Below are positions 61,601-64,000 of a stretch of 64,000 bases of DNA, piece by piece. Below the pieces are notes generated by a model. That model worked only from the letters and a program-made list of their open reading frames with translations. It did not search any database and was not told where the DNA came from. Each line of letters begins with the position of its first letter. Position 1 is the first letter of the stretch. The position numbers and the translations under genes were made by a program. This DNA comes from Candidatus Poribacteria bacterium (GTDB lineage Bacteria > Poribacteria > WGA-4E > PCPOR2b): the NCBI GenBank assembly GCA_965198175.1, contig OZ240245.1, positions 288,001 to 352,000 of the forward strand, given 5' to 3'.

Positions 61601-62168
61601 TATGATTCATTTCAACGGTCACCGATTTATGTCCCGTAATCTGGAGGGTAGAATTCAAGGGCAGTACTAACCCTTTCTCCTTCTTGTCTGACTTGCTATC
61701 GCGCATACGATACAAATCTCGAGGTTCAATCGTGAAGGGAGAATTCTTCCACCGCCGCAACGCTTCAAGGTATGGCGTCACCATTTCTAGGGTTGGTTCT
61801 TTTTTCAGTGTGGTTTCAAGTTTTGCGTCTACTTTCCATGGATCTACCCATGTTTCGCGCGTGGATATATGCTTTCTGAAAAAATCGAGTGCGGGCGCCG
61901 TACTTTCCGAAGATGATTCAAAATCCTGCGTCACTGATTCACTAGCCCCTTCGCCTTCGAAGGCTTGTGTCGTACCCTCAGATTTCTCCTCCTTGTCATT
62001 TGACAGCGCCGATCGGAGTTCTAAATAGCGATGTGTTAATGCAGCATCTTTGCGGACGGGCTCCGCGAAGGCATAGGAGGAAGCGGAGATAACTAAAATC
62101 ACTCCAGAAGCGATAAGGGCGAAGCGTGGAAAGGCACGTACCGAGATGGGATTTATTATTACCTTCAT
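55680..62168 (-). CDS. sprA: SprA/Sov-like large outer-membrane translocon
   Basis: 2162 aa with a signal peptide. Motifs recognised as SprA-like: GSEKVRLNGRELRRDIDYTMIYEVGSL, DLGVVSED, GEVWVNEIHL, SGWA. The C-terminal region is rich in amphipathic strands and ends VRGEFQ. Confidence 0.72.
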   Translation of the reverse strand: MKVIINPISVRAFPRFALIASGVILVISASSYAFAEPVRKDAALTHRYLELRSALSNDKEEKSEGTTQAFEGEGASESVTQDFESSSESTAPALDFFRKHISTRETWVDPWKVDAKLETTLKKEPTLEMVTPYLEALRRWKNSPFTIEPRDLYRMRDSKSDKKEKGLVLPLNSTLQITGHKSVTVEMNHTHYFGQGDINRFGGSYQGGFGSGLDLGLNSSYSYDNYNDFGGGFGGGYGSGGYGGGYGSGLGGFGTTRFGGVPRASGPTIRQTLQVGLHGRVGRHTHVEVDYSDSGDALGGGYGGYGGYSGGFGGAKEQKIRVWYEGGQDNILKTLSFGDITLNLPNTRFLNVNRNLFGLEAVAALGGVKMTAFGSRSKGISETRRLSGRSRRAGSGYGGGVQISDANYVKERFYSILLGEDGLLHDSYPPIKKGSEEIYIDDNVAGNNQGGQRTVQGYFNLQFPGQDYNIDYETGEIEFLTPISASYRIVVAYEHLGNGGGAVGKPGNVFEDENGDGSIDEEGEAIGYVVLKDKSLRGTEARRVYNLGNRNINPRDYQIAILQQGGGEAFETPDGPIPYIQIFGLDENGDGVVDPEFIDFDRGLLIFPTLRPFVIDDPTNPYYPFRDQLNNELIYLENPRPTDQVYTIVCDYAYQSETHNVGLFVIPGSEKVRLNGRELRRDIDYTMIYEVGSLRFFTKLDEFDEIEVEFERTPFGSALQQTVAGVWLEYAYVLKSKTPDEQDQSDRFDRLSGGHDRREEGSRFDRGTSFGGFGDKFGRGGFGGGFGGDYSNLGGRSRRRLHTGASSYFNPVFRKGFSLSTGYILNTGQKPSRIPDVNDAPNRLQAFNINTSFGRSFNLAWLLNPMPFVAVKHFPLSIDFSGETAFSHNNPNSVGVALIDSMEGAREATSVSTFKHSWRVCSPPFIEELTPENRALFRVLLRDKDDTKAVGNYMRNRDVPASSINPFALSTEQRLVMEVGYNFTDVIEEWGGFSYGLSASGADFSDREALEIWLRVRGDDDVTLYLDLGVVSEDSDLDNRLDSEDLPKELEDTNGDGKVDTLDLDLENLLPSQKFSANGSLDTGEDEGWDYDASLQPRRVGAGNKEFDAEDLNGDGVLDTIDAYLEIAIPLNDIPEEWIKKRNRSGWTFLSIPLREATSEGNRLPNLGFVQHLRFWLRKNNPGTVSGTIEWASIELVGNQWQQGVVTRQGNVVTDTTEVFNVATKDNYNFDDYQDAYEQIKDNKAFKKLHPFVSSSVFGFQQEQREQTLALNYNLLPGSFGVTSQKLRGLRQGEGQDFSKHDKLKLWIYGDKSHSTFVMRLAPSIRTNYRSSLYSSSPFDDPNQQPEEGVNIFENLNDFYEYTRVIDFEGWELIEIDLEDVKRNEYPDLNLPAQQEGISPDSTGEEMEEQTDSNKTDGHPDGLVVRGTNSSQLSIKSIGGILVGIRNDTEHEVGGEVWVNEIHLSNPLVRSGWARRANMSIELGPILSVRGGFARQDKDFESSSGETGRQRRQDLGFSTTSNDYNIDADLHLFRWLPITYSIREQESETESRRGSFSSFQSGKNRTHNRDLSARFNPHRFLPALGFAHNRQNFWNERQGTEISDLYTSTFQYGLSQIIGLDVQYRHEDVEVDPSTATETGGSSFSSSGYGYGRNRDEKVDSGSISINISPVASFSLNPTYEIRRTLERRDDNLQRTSGFSPASFGTPFQTTPTTEIDSTTTDPTVTPEPESPESKPEFTIGGREHRLSLNPRLNRDFFGMRPTINNRISFREDWFHNQKNARINANIRFGLSIRPRVWFGWLFREPDIEEVDEGESQGTLDSFEEEVQLEEKRQRELERLERMDVDMEMIEEAESQRGDWISRDKAELERKLKERQGKQGKGQFSLLRRSMESLALNADVSFDTQDSLRGLPPGTSIRDILELPDDTEERTQSRQRNRYGLRTSVDPWTWVSLGTNISRNIGFTKSLSTSSDTQTTSYEGDIKLFNASNTSSFQLRYRYTQRDQSNINTTINESVSQEPSISWSQSLGASTKATLGVRMTMRDQVRSNGINASTLIITPNLSIDYRLRLEGGLPIPILGRIPLKHDLDLTNTFSTVIRRENFGANREERSERYETTLRTRYNLSTRLSANLNLGLSYNNDHVEEGQDFLSIASSVTVRGEFQ

Positions 62169-62568
62169 AGAATCTAGGAATGGAACACGTCGTTAGTTTG
62201 TACCCACGGTTCTAATGAATTGATAAGGCTAGGGATTAAACGGGAAAATGAATAGGCTAGTTTACGGCGCGAATGGAAGATTCGGAGGTTAGTGAGGCAA
62301 TTTGCCCTTCTTGATGCCCTCAAGCGAATGTGGTAGAATCTCAGCCCTTAGTTGAAGCACGGACTCAACCGCCCGGGGAGATATGATACTTGATAAGCCG
62401 TTGGATTTCGTGATCCCAACCCAACTACGAACTGGTAGAACCTTGCGAAGGTTTAGAGTCTTCGCAAGGTTTTTGTGTACAGAATCCTAATCAAGACACA
62501 AGAAAAAACAAAATCAAGCGAACCTTTGTCTCTTGAGATCCGCCTTGTAGCGTAAAGAGGTCGTAATA

Positions 62569-64000
62569 ATGAGTCGAATCCCAGACAGAGAACTGATTAA
62601 ACGGTGTATTGACGGAGATAGCCAAGCTTTCTCGATCCTGATAAAACGCATTGAGACGCCGCTGGTGAAGCTTGTCAGGTCCGAAATCCCTGACCCTGTG
62701 TATGCCGAAGATGTCTTACAAGAAGTACTTTTGGATGTGTGGCAAGGTTTGAAGGGACTTCGGGACCCGGACAGGTGGGCTGCATGGGTCATGCAGATTG
62801 CTCGAAACCGATGTCATGATTTCTTTCGGTCAGCTCAGCGTCGAGAGGCGCCCATGGCGAATAGCGATCTTGAGCCCATCCTCAATAGACGAAGAAAACA
62901 CGGTAGCTTTCAGACCGACCTGCTTGATACCGTACTCCATACCCTGTCCGAAGCGCCGCCGGATCATGCCGAAGCCGCTCACCTATTCTATCTCGAAGGA
63001 TTGACCATCAGACAAATTGCGGCGCAGTTGGGGAGGCCGGAAGGAACCATCAAGCGATGGCTTTCCCACACCCGTAGTTTTGTTAGGAGCCGCCTCGGAT
63101 TGAGGCAAATGAGAACCGAAAGGAGGAAGACTATGACTTCCGATGCATACAAACGCGAATATTACCAACGTAGAGCGCTACGCGATATCGCCGCTTGTCG
63201 TGAAGACGGAGCCGCGTCGCTCAACCTGAAAAATCCTGTTGGGTCGAAAGAACTCCCCAGTGAGTTGTGGACGCTGACTCAGTTGAAGGATCTCACCCTG
63301 TGGTGGAACAAGCTTGAGAACCTCCCAGAGGATATTGGGCGATTGAAGAACCTGGAGAGTCTTTCTGTAGAGAGTGACCAACTCAAACAGTTGCCAAACC
63401 AGATTGTGTCGCTGTCACACCTGAGACATCTGGAAGTGATTGGTAGCCAAATGACGGAATTGCCAGCGGATTTTGGCAATCTTAGTGCATTGCGGACGAT
63501 TATTCTCCAGCGCACTCAGCTCCATGAATTGCCCAACGGCTTTGGGGAATTAAACCGTCTTGAAGTCGCTGAGATGGACTTTAACCGGTTGGGGAAGTTA
63601 CCAGATGATCTGAGCGGTTTGACCAATCTCCGCGTGTTAACCCTGCAAGGTCACCAGCTTTCGGCGTTACCCAAAACAGTAGGTGAACTCTCCGCTATGG
63701 AAGAACTGTATCTTGGCGGGAACCAATTAGGTAGGTTGCCCAACGAGATTAGTAATCTTCGGAACCTTGAGACGCTGGCAATAGAAAAAAATCAAATCCA
63801 CTCGCTACCACAGTGGATAGGTCATTTGTCCAAACTACAACATCTTTTCGTAGAGTCAAATCAGCTCACGAAAATCCCACGAGAAATTGAGCAACTTACA
63901 GAATTACGGGAGTTGGCACTGAGTAATAATCAGTTAACTTCCATACCGAAAGAGCTTGTCGTCCTCCCAAACTTGCAACTTATAAAACTCCATGACAATC
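62569..64000 (+). CDS. ECF sigma-70 factor fused to leucine-rich repeats (runs off the window end)
   Basis: Manual translation from ATG 62569 (AAGAGG RBS): sigma2 AEDVLQEVLLDVW..WVMQIARNRCHD, sigma4 FYLEGLTIRQIAAQLGRPEGTIKRWL. No stop follows; the frame continues into at least 11 LRRs of 23 aa (LPxxIxxLxxLxxLxLxxNxLxx). Confidence 0.9.
   Translation, partial: MSRIPDRELIKRCIDGDSQAFSILIKRIETPLVKLVRSEIPDPVYAEDVLQEVLLDVWQGLKGLRDPDRWAAWVMQIARNRCHDFFRSAQRREAPMANSDLEPILNRRRKHGSFQTDLLDTVLHTLSEAPPDHAEAAHLFYLEGLTIRQIAAQLGRPEGTIKRWLSHTRSFVRSRLGLRQMRTERRKTMTSDAYKREYYQRRALRDIAACREDGAASLNLKNPVGSKELPSELWTLTQLKDLTLWWNKLENLPEDIGRLKNLESLSVESDQLKQLPNQIVSLSHLRHLEVIGSQMTELPADFGNLSALRTIILQRTQLHELPNGFGELNRLEVAEMDFNRLGKLPDDLSGLTNLRVLTLQGHQLSALPKTVGELSAMEELYLGGNQLGRLPNEISNLRNLETLAIEKNQIHSLPQWIGHLSKLQHLFVESNQLTKIPREIEQLTELRELALSNNQLTSIPKELVVLPNLQLIKLHDN

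Noticed and set aside
1..64000. tRNA, rRNA or riboswitch genes
   Set aside because: None recognised by eye; an Infernal/Rfam scan would be needed to exclude them.

Overview
Bacterial chromosomal window of mid GC. Gene content suggests a Candidatus Poribacteria-like (sponge-symbiont type) lineage; this is an inference from WD40/TPR/LRR/HEAT repeat proteins, PhyH, ASPIC/UnbV, BMC vertex proteins and 'LTTTW' C-terminal motifs. Main contents: (1) an NtrB-type PAS kinase, a sigma54 promoter and a decayed sigma54 activator cut by an IS5/IS427-group element; (2) a phosphate-starvation island with a nonsense-mutated phoB, PhoX, a porin and Pho boxes; (3) lpd and a fused E1, then GT2, radical SAM and sugar isomerase genes; (4) eight tandem TolB-like beta-propeller paralogues; (5) ppx, two BMC-P genes, a rhomboid, a cytochrome-porin fusion, an XRE/IrrE pair, folD, GT4, a ThiN-like gene and an MFS transporter; (6) a 2162-aa SprA-like translocon; (7) an ECF sigma factor fused to LRRs with an internal start, absent from the ORF track. 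Strongest leads: a T9SS-like export system with a two-tier C-terminal signal, the sigma-LRR fusion, and a palindromic repeat family that has entered coding sequences.
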